DNA of 64,000 bases, from sequence record CP063550.1; one strand, 5' to 3'. The translations under genes and the position numbers were made by a program. The stretch comes from a plasmid. How positions within the stretch are numbered: position 1 is the stretch's first letter; each line of letters starts with the position of its first letter. Positions 41,234 to 51,421 of the stretch are shown here, one piece after another. The notes beneath the pieces are model-generated. The model did not search any database. It saw only the letters and a program-made list of their open reading frames with translations, and was not told the DNA's origin.

Positions 41234-41902
41234 ATGCGTGTACTGGTGGTTGAGGACAATCGTGAGCTGGTTTTATCCGTAAAAAAGGGCCTAGAGCAGG
41301 AGAATATTTCTGTAGATGTAGCTTATGATGGCGAGTCAGGAGAAGAGAAGGCCTTCATCAATTCATACGATGGGATACTACTAGATTTAAATCTGCCTAA
41401 AAAAGATGGATTATCTGTTTTACAAAGTCTCCGTGCTGAAGAAGTCGAAAGTCCAGTTATCATTATTACTGCACGTGATGAGATTGAAGAACGAGCAAAA
41501 GGCTTGGATTTTGGAGCAGATGATTATTTAGTCAAACCCTTTGAGTTACTAGAATTAAAAGCACGAATACGCGCGGTTATTCGTCGTTATCATGGACGTG
41601 CGCTGCCGCAGATTTCAATTGGTGCTTTGAAGATTGATCCATTAGGTCGAAGGGTCAGCTATCAAAAGACAGAGGTGGTCCTGAAACCCAAGGAATTTGA
41701 TATCTTACTGTGCATCGCTCAGCGTCATCCAGCGGTTGTTTCGTCTGAGGAAATTTCTGAACATGTCTACGATGAAGATTTTGATCCTTTTTCGTCGGTT
41801 CTGCGAGTGCATCTGGCTCGTCTAAAAAAGAAACTGGCTGAAGCAGCTGAAAAAGAGGTCTTAAAAACCATTCGAGCAAAGGGGTACCAGCTATGCTATT
41901 AA
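41234..41902 (+). CDS. OmpR-family response regulator
   Basis: Receiver domain 'VLVVEDN...LLDLNLPKKDG' and winged-helix output domain. Confidence 0.9.
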   Translation: MRVLVVEDNRELVLSVKKGLEQENISVDVAYDGESGEEKAFINSYDGILLDLNLPKKDGLSVLQSLRAEEVESPVIIITARDEIEERAKGLDFGADDYLVKPFELLELKARIRAVIRRYHGRALPQISIGALKIDPLGRRVSYQKTEVVLKPKEFDILLCIAQRHPAVVSSEEISEHVYDEDFDPFSSVLRVHLARLKKKLAEAAEKEVLKTIRAKGYQLCY

Positions 41903-43026
41903 ATTTTAAAATGACGTTAACGATGCTGGCTTTTTCACTGTTGGTGACAGGCGTGATTTTAGTGAGTTTCTTCTTTCTGAGAAATAATTTGGAGGGAATC
42001 AGTATCGCATCTACCTTAGGTGAAGATGTTTATTTTATGGAAGAGGGTAAGACGGTTCAAGCAGAGACGCAGATGGAAGCTTCGAAATCTTCCAACAATC
42101 AATTTATGACTATTTCGATGATAGATAAAGCTTACCAGGACGAACTATTTAAATATTTACCAGCGATGGTGCTGGTTATTTGTTCTGCCGTCATGTTATT
42201 AACGTTTATTCTTTGGTTGGTTTTACGCAAAATTTACAGTAATCAAATCTTAGCGATTACGCGTGATTTAACGTTTATTGATCAAGTTCCTAAAAATACT
42301 GTGAAGGACGAGGCATTAAATGCGGCTTTTAATAAGCTAAAGGATAAGTTCGATGGTCATTTGGAGGATTATCGACGATTAAATAGTTATCTGACCCACG
42401 AGCAGAAAAATGCCATCGCTATTTTGCGTACGAATCTGGAAATAGAACGGCAACATGCCGATCAAGGAAATTTAATGCTTTTAGATCGGATGACCGACAG
42501 TATTGACGATATTTTGACATTATCCAATAACTCAGAGGATCTTAGCACGGAAGTCGTAGACGTTTCACTGATCTGTGCGGAAGTTTGTGATGCCTACAAA
42601 ATGAATTATCCGAATCTTTTGTTTGCGTTTACTGAAGATCAACCAACCCTGATTCATGGACGAGATCGTTGGATTTATCGGGCGGTTTCGAATTTAGTTG
42701 ACAATGCAATCAAATATGGTGAAGGAAAACTGGTAATTGTCACCATTTCAAACCAAAAGGGTAGCGTGATTATTGAAGTAAAAGATCAGGGAATTGGCAT
42801 TCCTCAGGAGAAACAGGCATCAATTTTTTCTCATCAGTACCGAGTGCATGGGCTCAAGCAGGATGGCTTACCTAAAACAATGGACTTTAGGGACACGGAT
42901 GAAACCTTTATTCAATCCGTTGCCTCGAAAAGAAACCATATTCCAAGAAAATCATTAAATTATCGAACACCATTGGAAGTATTTTTGAGCTGCATAGATA
43001 AAGACATATTGTCTAGCTTAATTTGA
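41893..43026 (+). pseudogene. sensor histidine kinase, C-terminally truncated and fused to an IS30 remnant
   Basis: H-box 'THEQKNAIAILRTNLE', N-box 'VSNLVDNAIKYGEG' and G1 'DQGIGIP' are present. There is no G2 box. The last 55 codons ('GLPKTMDFRD...DILSSLI') are identical to the IS30 transposase C-terminus. Confidence 0.8.
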
Positions 43027-43033
43027 CAAATCA
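42862..43033 (+). mobile_element. IS30-family 3' remnant (about 170 bp, right end only)
   Basis: Near-identical to 32632-32803, including the right inverted repeat. Confidence 0.8.
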
Positions 43034-43320
43034 GATGTCTATAAAATTCGTTAGAAAATACAATTTATAGATATCCAATTGATTTGTAAACAAAAAGGAG
43101 TTGTCAACTAAGCCACTCCTTTTTGTTGTAATTTTTCCCAATAAGAAAGTCTACTACTTTAGGAAGATAATAGTAAGATAGAAATGTTGCCCCCAAAATT
43201 ATTATCCAGCTGGATATAATTAATCAAATAAAAAGGATCAAAAATGTAGTGACCCCCAAAAGTTAGACTTTTTTGGAGTGGAGAAATCCACTCTTTTTTT
43301 CATGCTCTAAAATGATATTT

Positions 43321-43761
43321 TTACACAACCGTAACGGTTGTTTTACGAAATTGGACGGGACTTTGCCAGTTTAATTTCTGTTTTATCCGTTCATTATTGT
43401 AGTAATAGATATAGCTATCGATGGCTGATTTTAATTCCTCGAAACAGTTATAAACTTTCCCGTGAAAAATCTCTTGTTTTAATAAGCCAAAAAAATTCTC
43501 CATAAGTGAATTATCTAAGCAGTTCCCTTTCCGAGACATGCTTTGAAAGATTTTGTACTCCTTCAATTTGTTTCTATAAGCTTTCATTTGATACGACCAA
43601 CCTTGATCTGAGTGAAACGTACGACGATAGGGACAATCGTTAGTGGTCTGGATAGCTTCCTCCAAACCTTCCATTACCGCACGTGTTTCTGAATGGTGGT
43701 AGCGACCGATTTGAACGGCTAGGGCGGAAATACGGTGCAAATGCACGGTGGTTTCATGCAA
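43321..43761 (-). pseudogene. IS3-family OrfB C-terminal fragment
   Basis: 'FHSDQGWSYQ...SRKGNCLDNSLMENFFGLLKQE' is the integrase-core C-terminus. No N-terminal part or orfA is present. Confidence 0.7.
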
Positions 43762-44009
43762 TGCTTACAGGGCGTATTTTGTAAGGGTATGTAACGGAGA
43801 TAATCCCGACGGTAATGGATGTGAGAGGCCAAGCCGACGCTGACGGTAGGGCAAACAAACATAGTTGCACTCTAGCGATCGTTATTTATTTTTAACGGTC
43901 AAACTAGGGTACAACTATGCTTAAAACACTTCGCCTCAACTTCTGGTAGCAAAAGTGATTTTGAAAGTCAAAATATTTTTTATGAGTTATTTATAATTCG
44001 CCGTTTGTA

Positions 44010-44153
44010 TAATTAAGCGAGACAAATAAAAAAGCCATTTATGTTACACTCAAATTGTAATACCCGCTAAAGCATACAAGGAGAGTGAACATAAATGACT
44101 TATACCCATCTTACACCAAACGAGCTTGTAATGATAGAAGCATATTTTCCCTT
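44010..44153 (+). mobile_element. 5' fragment of a second, divergent IS30-family element
   Basis: 'TTGTATAATTAAGCGAGACAAATAAAAAAGCC...ATGACTTATACCCATCTTACACCAAACGAGCTTGTAATGATAGAAGCATATTTTCCC' parallels the IS30 left ends at 7635 and 31749, then stops abruptly. Confidence 0.6.
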
Positions 44154-44429
44154 TTAAACTAATTGTTCAAACTCATCGTCTCCTAAAAAGTAGTGTTGAT
44201 TTTTCTTAAGTTTAGTAATTGGATTTTTTACAATCAATTTATACTTTAAAGCTTTGGTGGGGATTGTTTCGTAAATCCAAAAGATATTATAAGGATCTGA
44301 GGTAAGATAGAAATTTCTAAATTCAAAGTTTTTTTGTTTGTTTATAATTTTTTCCATGTATCGTGGATAGATACTAATAAGGATATTGTTAGTCATCGAG
44401 TGTCCATAATTCTCGTGTGGATTTTTCAT
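44154..44429 (-). CDS. ASCH-like (PUA-fold) small protein
   Basis: 91 aa. 'ILISIYPRYMEKIINKQKNFEFRNFYL' resembles the ASCH beta-barrel opening strand with its conserved 'K-x-x-E-x-R'. The stop is exactly at the IS30-fragment junction. Confidence 0.45.
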   Translation of the reverse strand: MKNPHENYGHSMTNNILISIYPRYMEKIINKQKNFEFRNFYLTSDPYNIFWIYETIPTKALKYKLIVKNPITKLKKNQHYFLGDDEFEQLV

Positions 44430-45198
44430 TAATATAAGCTAAATAACTATTTTCAGTTAACTTAGCTGCCAGTTCCTTACTAGCTTCAGTCATTTCTATT
44501 AATGCTTTCCAATTGGGGATAGGGCTATCCAAACCAGAAATTTTTGTCGACTTATTTAAACGATTCCATTTTCTAATTGTTGTTCCTACTCTTATAGCTG
44601 AACTCGAACTGCTTTCTGTATTGTATTTATTTTTCACTTGTAAAAGAATTGGTGAGGTTCCTAAATAACAGAAATCAACAGCTCGATATACAGAGCCGGC
44701 GCACCAAATCCAACCTTCAGGTTCTAACACTTCGGCTAAATATTCCTCTAAAATACTTCCGTTCATGTTCTCAGCGCTCATATATAAAAAATGTCCACGC
44801 AAGTAGTCATTCAATACTTTTTGATCATCAATATTAGCATTTGCTGCTACTCTAGTAGTTAAAGCAGCATCTTTTTCGCCAAATGTTTTAAGAGGTTTTT
44901 TTAATGCTGGGTTATTCCTATCCCTGATGTATTTATTACACCATTTTGTTAAGTAAATTTTTGCCATAATTAATGGATTATCACTATCAGGTACTGATAT
45001 ACCAGTGAACAAACTTGGTCCATTGTTGAGTGCAAAATAAAAAAGTTCTTTTAAATTTTTATGATACTTACTATCTTCAACGTCATCGATAACTTCATCA
45101 AAAATAATGGATGCCGGTTCTGTGGTTAAACCTTCATTTAAGATTGATTCAAAAGTTCTATTTTTGTTAGGCATATACGTCACGTAGCTTGTTATCAA
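44389..45198 (-). CDS. putative PD-(D/E)xK-like nuclease (269 aa), family unknown
   Basis: 'WCAGSVYRAVDFCYLGTSPILLQVKNK' has D...(Q/E)VK spacing reminiscent of PD-(D/E)xK. It overlaps the ASCH ORF by 41 nt in another frame. It is divergent from hsdM, with a 100-bp gap. Confidence 0.45.
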   Translation of the reverse strand: MITSYVTYMPNKNRTFESILNEGLTTEPASIIFDEVIDDVEDSKYHKNLKELFYFALNNGPSLFTGISVPDSDNPLIMAKIYLTKWCNKYIRDRNNPALKKPLKTFGEKDAALTTRVAANANIDDQKVLNDYLRGHFLYMSAENMNGSILEEYLAEVLEPEGWIWCAGSVYRAVDFCYLGTSPILLQVKNKYNTESSSSSAIRVGTTIRKWNRLNKSTKISGLDSPIPNWKALIEMTEASKELAAKLTENSYLAYINEKSTRELWTLDD

Positions 45199-45298
45199 GA
45201 ATAAGATTTTTTCTTTTTTTTTTGCTTTTTCTAAAAGGGAGTATGCTAAAATAAGAGGGTATATAGCAACTTTAAATAAGAGATAGGAGTGTATCTTT

Positions 45299-46894
45299 TT
45301 GGGTGCAGAATTAAATCAAAAATTATTTAGTGCGGCAGATAATCTCCGTAGTAAAATGGATGCGTCAGAATATAAAAATTATTTATTGGGACTGATTTTC
45401 TATAAATATTTATCCGACCGTTTGTTGGAACAAGTGGTTCTTTTAGCAGATGAATCCTTAGAGGAATATGACACAGTAAGCAAACAAACAATGTTGTATC
45501 GTGAATTACTTTCAGATGAAGAATCAAAAGAAGACCTGATTGCCACAATCGTTGATATTTTGGGGTATTCGATCTCACCAGAGTATCTTTTCAACGTCTT
45601 AGCGGATCAAGCAAAACAAGCAACGTTCCAATTGAACGATCTAAACAAAGCCTTTGTGCAATTGGCATCTACCTACAATCAATTTAATGGGTTATTTGAT
45701 GATGTGGATCTCCAATCAAAAAAACTAGGAACAGATGAGCAACAACGAAATGTGACGATTACCGAAGTTATCAAGAAATTGAATGACGTGGAAGTTTTAG
45801 GTCACGATGGGGATGTGATCGGGGATGCGTATGAATTTCTGATCAGTCAATTTGCTTCAGAAGCAGGGAAGAAAGCCGGAGAATTTTACACGCCTCATAT
45901 GGTTTCTGATATGATGGCACAAATCGTGACGTTGGATCAAAAAGAACGACGATTCTTTAGTGTCTTTGACCCAACCATGGGTTCAGGTTCCTTGATGTTA
46001 AATGTACGTAACTACTTAACTCATCCAGATAACGTTAAATATCATGGGCAAGAACTAAATACAACGACATACAATCTAGCAAAAATGAACTTGATTTTAC
46101 ATGGGGTAGATGCCGAAGAAATGAATCTCCGCAATGGGGATACGTTGAATAAGGACTGGCCAACAGATGAACCTTACACATTTGATGCAGTAGTGATGAA
46201 TCCACCTTATTCGGCTAATTGGTCAGCAGATACGACCTTCTTAGATGATTCTCGGTTTAATCGCTACGGGAAATTAGCGCCAAAATCCAAAGCAGATTTT
46301 GCGTTTCTTCTTCATGGTTTCTATCATTTGAAGGAAACAGGGACTATGGCTATCGTCTTGCCACACGGGGTTTTATTCCGTGGTGCTGCAGAAGGGGTCA
46401 TTCGTCAAAAATTATTAGAAGACGGCAGTATTTATGCTGTGATCGGTATGCCTGCGAACTTGTTCTTTGGTACATCGATTCCAACGACGGTGATTGTATT
46501 GAAGAAGAATCGTCAAACTCGAGATGTATTATTCATTGATGCTAGTCGTGAATTTGTTAAAGGGAAAAATCAGAATAAATTATCGGAAGAAAACATTCAA
46601 AAAATCCTCGAAACCTACGCTGAAAGAAAAGATGTCGAGAAATACGCTCATTTGGCAACCTTTGATGAAATCAAAGAAAATGACTATAACTTAAATATCC
46701 CACGCTATGTCGATACTTTCGAAGAAGAAGAACCAATTGATATGGTTCATGTCGGAAATGACATCAAGAAGATACGACAAGAACAGCAAGTGCTAGAAAA
46801 AGAACTTTTAGAAGCTATCTCTTCCCTGCAAACAACACCTGAAAATGAAGCGTGGTTACAAGGTGCGCTGGAGGTGTTCAAACATGAGCAATGA
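45299..46894 (+). CDS. hsdM: type I restriction-modification N6-adenine DNA methyltransferase subunit
   Basis: 'FDPTMGSGSLM' (motif I) and 'VVMNPPYS' (motif IV). Confidence 0.9.
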   Translation: MGAELNQKLFSAADNLRSKMDASEYKNYLLGLIFYKYLSDRLLEQVVLLADESLEEYDTVSKQTMLYRELLSDEESKEDLIATIVDILGYSISPEYLFNVLADQAKQATFQLNDLNKAFVQLASTYNQFNGLFDDVDLQSKKLGTDEQQRNVTITEVIKKLNDVEVLGHDGDVIGDAYEFLISQFASEAGKKAGEFYTPHMVSDMMAQIVTLDQKERRFFSVFDPTMGSGSLMLNVRNYLTHPDNVKYHGQELNTTTYNLAKMNLILHGVDAEEMNLRNGDTLNKDWPTDEPYTFDAVVMNPPYSANWSADTTFLDDSRFNRYGKLAPKSKADFAFLLHGFYHLKETGTMAIVLPHGVLFRGAAEGVIRQKLLEDGSIYAVIGMPANLFFGTSIPTTVIVLKKNRQTRDVLFIDASREFVKGKNQNKLSEENIQKILETYAERKDVEKYAHLATFDEIKENDYNLNIPRYVDTFEEEEPIDMVHVGNDIKKIRQEQQVLEKELLEAISSLQTTPENEAWLQGALEVFKHEQ

Positions 46895-48101
46895 TACACG
46901 ACCAGAAATCCGGTTTCCTGGTTTTACGGAAGATTGGGAAGAGCGTAAGTTAGGAGATATGATGGATGTTACTTCTGTGAAGCGAATTCATCAATCAGAT
47001 TGGACTAACTCAGGTATTAGATTTTTACGTGCTCGTGATATTGTCTCAGCTGCAAAAAATGAGGAACCATCCGATTATCTTTACATTTCAGAAGAAAAAT
47101 ATAATGAATATTCGAAAAATTCAGGTAAAGTTTCTCAAGGAGACTTGCTTGTAACTGGTGTCGGATCAATAGGTGTCCCCTTATTAATCACTGATGATAA
47201 CCCAATTTACTTTAAGGATGGAAACATCATTTGGTTCAAGAATGAGCATAAAATTGACGGAAACTTCTTTTACTACTCGTTCATAAATAACAAAATTCAG
47301 AAGTATATCCGTGACGTTGCAGGCATTGGAACCGTCGGAACCTATACAATTGATAGTGGTAAAAAGACACCTATCTCACTTCCAACTTATGACGAACAGA
47401 TCAAGATCGGTTCATTTTTCAAACAACTTGATCACACCATCATGCTTCACCAGCACGAATTAGATTTGCTGAAGGAAACGAAAAAAGGATTCTTACAAAA
47501 AATGTTCCCTAAAAACGGAGCAAAAGTGCCAGAAGTTCGTTTTCCAGGATTTACGGGAGATTGGGAAGAGCGGAAGTTGGGGGAAGTGGTAGTTTTTTTG
47601 AATGGTAGAGCTTTTAAACAACAAGAATTACTTGATTCTGGAAAATATAGGGTTTTAAGAGTAGGTAATTTTAATACTAATGATAGATGGTATTATTCAA
47701 ACTTAGAATTAGAGGAAGACAAGTATGCTAATAAAGGAGATCTCTTATATTTATGGGCAACAAGCTTCGGTCCTGAAATGTGGAATGAAGAACGTGTAAT
47801 CTACCATTATCATATTTGGAAACTTAAATTTTTATCTAAGGAATTGGACAAACAGTATCTATATACTTGGCTATTGACTGATAAAGAGAAAATTAAAGAA
47901 TCAACTAACGGAACGACAATGGTACATGTGACTAAAGGTGGTATAGAACAAAGGACATTTCAGTTTCCACCGGATATAAATGAACAACAAAAAATTGGTG
48001 CCTTCTTCAAGCAGCTAGATGATACGATCGCTCTTCATCAACGTAAGTTAGATTTGCTGAAGGAAACGAAAAAAGGCTTCTTGCAAAAGATGTTTGTTTA
48101 G
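46884..48101 (+). CDS. hsdS: type I R-M specificity subunit
   Basis: Two target-recognition domains, each preceded by 'RFPGFT(E/G)DWEERKLG' and followed by 'ELDLLKETKKGFLQKMF'. The start overlaps the hsdM end. Confidence 0.9.
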   Translation: MSNDTRPEIRFPGFTEDWEERKLGDMMDVTSVKRIHQSDWTNSGIRFLRARDIVSAAKNEEPSDYLYISEEKYNEYSKNSGKVSQGDLLVTGVGSIGVPLLITDDNPIYFKDGNIIWFKNEHKIDGNFFYYSFINNKIQKYIRDVAGIGTVGTYTIDSGKKTPISLPTYDEQIKIGSFFKQLDHTIMLHQHELDLLKETKKGFLQKMFPKNGAKVPEVRFPGFTGDWEERKLGEVVVFLNGRAFKQQELLDSGKYRVLRVGNFNTNDRWYYSNLELEEDKYANKGDLLYLWATSFGPEMWNEERVIYHYHIWKLKFLSKELDKQYLYTWLLTDKEKIKESTNGTTMVHVTKGGIEQRTFQFPPDINEQQKIGAFFKQLDDTIALHQRKLDLLKETKKGFLQKMFV

Positions 48102-48114
48102 GGAGGGAAGAAGA

Positions 48115-51100
48115 ATGAAAATTAGTCACCGTGAGGAAGCGGAAGTCGAAGAACAGTTGATTCGTGTCCTCGGGGAAGGACATAATCAGTGGACGTATCG
48201 TCCGGATCTAAAATCAGAAGAAGATCTTTGGAGCAATTTACGTCAAAAAATCATCTCAAATAATCAAGCAGAACTGAATGATTCTCCTTTGACCGATAAA
48301 GAGTTTGAAACGATCAAAACCGAATTATTGCTACGGACGAAAACCCCATTTGATGCTGCGAAATGGTTAAAAGGTGAAAATGGGATGGCTCGGATCACGA
48401 TTGAACGGGAAAATCCGCAATTGGGTTCTGTCTCACTTATCCTTTATTCCAATCAAGACATTGGTGGAGGAATCTCTACTTATGAAGTGGTCCATCAAAT
48501 TGCAAAACGTGGAAGTAACATAGAAGCGCGGGATCGACGTTTTGACGTCACCTTATTGATCAATGGCTTACCGATTATCCAAATCGAGCTAAAACAAGTA
48601 ACTGCAAAAGATGGTTTTTATCAGGCGTTTAATCAAATCAAAAAATATGCTGAAGAAGGCATGTTTCGGAACAATATCTTTTCGACCTTACAGTTGTTTG
48701 TGGTTTCCAATGAACAAACGACTCGGTATTTTGCAAATGCCTTACCGAAGGATTTGCATCCTAAGTTTTTATTTAGTTGGCGAACGAAAGATAATAAAAA
48801 GGTAGAAAACTTATATGAGTTTTGCAAACAAGTGCTAAATATCCCAGATGCCCATCGCTTGATTGCGGATTATACGATTGTCAGTGAAGATCAAGACAAT
48901 AAAACCCTCATGGTGTTACATCCTTATCAAGTGCATGCGATTCAAGCCTTGTTTATTGCCGCAAATAAACATCAATCAGGGTATGTGTGGCATGCGACTG
49001 GTTCAGGAAAGACGTTGACTAGTTTTGTATCTACTAAGCTTTTAGCACGAAAATCGGGGATCGATCGAACGATCATGTTAGTGGACCGCAAAGATTTAGA
49101 TAATCAGACCACCACAGAGTTTACGAAATTTGCTTCGGAGTTTAATACTGGGGTTTCTTCTGGTAATGCCAAAGCGAATAGCTTGATCGTGGGAACAGGA
49201 AGTGCCAAAGAGTTAAGTGAAACTCTGTTGGCAGATGCCAATGCGAATGTTGTGATCATTACAACCCGTCAAAAACTAGATGCGGCGTTGAAATATGCAA
49301 AGAAACAGGAAGAGAAAAAAGGAACCAATCGCTTCCAAAAATTAATGGGGCAACATATCGTGTTTGTAGTTGATGAGTGTCATCGAGCGTTAAGTGCTGA
49401 AAATATGGAAGAAATCAAAAAAATGTTTCCGAAATCCACTTGGTTTGGCTTTACAGGTACACCGATTTTCCCTGAGAATCGGAAACAAGCCAAAGGGCAA
49501 TTGGCACGTACGACCCATGATCAGTATGGAGAGGTCTTGCACACCTATACCATCAAGAATGCATTAGAAGATGGCTCGGTTTTAGGATTTCAAGTAGAGC
49601 ATGAAAACACCGTGGAGCCGACTTCATTAGAGAATAAAATCTATCGGAAATTAAAAGAAGTAGAAACATATGCAGAGTATTCACCGGAACAGATCAATCG
49701 TATGATCGATCAAATGGAGTCTGTCAAAAAAGAAAGTTATTTGGACCCTACTGTTTTTGAAGCAGAGGAACATATCCAAAAAGTCATTCATAAAATGTTC
49801 CGTCCAGACAATGCCTATACAAAATTTGATTTTCGAAATGGCCGTCCAACGAAGTCTGCGATCTTAACCACGAGTTCCATTGATATGGCCAAAAAGTATT
49901 ATCGGGCCATCAAAGAGATGACGAAAGAATCTGATTGGTTAATAAAAGAGTTTCCCAATCAGCCTATCCGTGAAGGACGAACGATGGAGGATCCTGATTT
50001 CCCACGAATCGCTATTACCTATTCATTAGAAGAAAATAGCCGAGATTCAAGTGCCCAACAAGAAGAAATGCAAAAAATTATTGAGGAATATAATCAGTAT
50101 TATGATACTGCCTGGTCACTAGCAGACATTGAGCGTTATAACGGAGACATCAATAATCGTTTGGCACGAAAAAGAGCGGAATTCAAACAATTTGGGAAAC
50201 AAATCGATTTAGTAATCGTAGTGGATCGTCTATTGACAGGTTTTGACGCCCCTACGATTCAAACCCTATTTGTGGATCGTAATCTAGAGTATGCAGGATT
50301 GATCCAAGCCTTTTCACGTACGAACCGTACGTATCCTGAAAAAACAAAAGGACTAATTGTTACTTTCCGAAAGCCAGCGACAATGGAGAAGAATGTCGAG
50401 GATGCGACAAAACTGTATTCAGAAGCTAAAGAAGAATCGGGTTTGATTTATCCAAGTTACCAAGAATCCAAAAAAAGATTCAAGCAAGCATATGGTAAGT
50501 TAAAAGAGGTTTCATCCATGGAATCCATTGATGAACATACGCCACTTGAAATCCGTATCGAGTACGTCAAAGCATTTCAAGAATTGAATCGTGCGTATGA
50601 ATCGTTAGTGACTTATGATGATTACAATGATGACATGGTGCAATCTTCAACTTTGAACAATCAAATTCAACTTTTGGAAGAACAAATTGGCGTGTACGAG
50701 ACCGTGAAGGGTTCATTGATGGAGGAAGAACCAGAAAAAGAGGGAGAAGATTTTTCAACGATCGAATTTTATAGTGAAAATACCACTAAGTTGTATGATA
50801 TTGATTCTACTTATATTGATCAATTACTAGGAACTTATGCTGCGAATAGTTCAGATGCACGAGAAGAAATTGAAAAAGCTTTGGCTAAATTGAATAAAAC
50901 AGAAGGAGTCAAAGAAGTTTACCGACAAATTTTAAATGCATTTGATGTGGGGACTTTAGATAGTAATGAAGATATCTTTGTCATTAAACGTCGCTATTTT
51001 ACACAAGCAAGTGATAATTTGATTCATGCCTTTTCCAATGAGTGGTTTGTTTCTGAGAAAGAATTACATGCTTCTAATCTGCAATATATGCCAGGTGAAG

Positions 51101-51264
51101 ATCCAATTCCTAATATGAAAGCAATTATCAACAGTAAGGATTACGAAGGATATAAAGCCAAACATCCAGAAGCGAAACCATTTAAATACCCACAAGAAAT
51201 GAAGCGAGCATGGCGTAAAATGTTAGATGATGAGTTGATTCCACTTGAAAATGAATTGAGGTAA
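48115..51264 (+). CDS. hsdR: type I R-M restriction endonuclease/helicase subunit
   Basis: N-terminal nuclease 'DVTLLINGLPIIQIELKQ'. Helicase motifs 'HATGSGKT' and 'VVDECHR'. Confidence 0.9.
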   Translation: MKISHREEAEVEEQLIRVLGEGHNQWTYRPDLKSEEDLWSNLRQKIISNNQAELNDSPLTDKEFETIKTELLLRTKTPFDAAKWLKGENGMARITIERENPQLGSVSLILYSNQDIGGGISTYEVVHQIAKRGSNIEARDRRFDVTLLINGLPIIQIELKQVTAKDGFYQAFNQIKKYAEEGMFRNNIFSTLQLFVVSNEQTTRYFANALPKDLHPKFLFSWRTKDNKKVENLYEFCKQVLNIPDAHRLIADYTIVSEDQDNKTLMVLHPYQVHAIQALFIAANKHQSGYVWHATGSGKTLTSFVSTKLLARKSGIDRTIMLVDRKDLDNQTTTEFTKFASEFNTGVSSGNAKANSLIVGTGSAKELSETLLADANANVVIITTRQKLDAALKYAKKQEEKKGTNRFQKLMGQHIVFVVDECHRALSAENMEEIKKMFPKSTWFGFTGTPIFPENRKQAKGQLARTTHDQYGEVLHTYTIKNALEDGSVLGFQVEHENTVEPTSLENKIYRKLKEVETYAEYSPEQINRMIDQMESVKKESYLDPTVFEAEEHIQKVIHKMFRPDNAYTKFDFRNGRPTKSAILTTSSIDMAKKYYRAIKEMTKESDWLIKEFPNQPIREGRTMEDPDFPRIAITYSLEENSRDSSAQQEEMQKIIEEYNQYYDTAWSLADIERYNGDINNRLARKRAEFKQFGKQIDLVIVVDRLLTGFDAPTIQTLFVDRNLEYAGLIQAFSRTNRTYPEKTKGLIVTFRKPATMEKNVEDATKLYSEAKEESGLIYPSYQESKKRFKQAYGKLKEVSSMESIDEHTPLEIRIEYVKAFQELNRAYESLVTYDDYNDDMVQSSTLNNQIQLLEEQIGVYETVKGSLMEEEPEKEGEDFSTIEFYSENTTKLYDIDSTYIDQLLGTYAANSSDAREEIEKALAKLNKTEGVKEVYRQILNAFDVGTLDSNEDIFVIKRRYFTQASDNLIHAFSNEWFVSEKELHASNLQYMPGEDPIPNMKAIINSKDYEGYKAKHPEAKPFKYPQEMKRAWRKMLDDELIPLENELR

Positions 51265-51421
51265 ACGAGAAGAGTTAAGAAAATTGTACGATTCAAAGAT
51301 AGTAGTAAAGTGGAAGTGTAGAAAATAGGGATAGATGTCTTTTTACTTGTTCACATTTTATAACGGAGTATTTAAGAAAGCTATTGAATAATGATTCTTC
51401 CATCTTTTTCATTCATTTACC

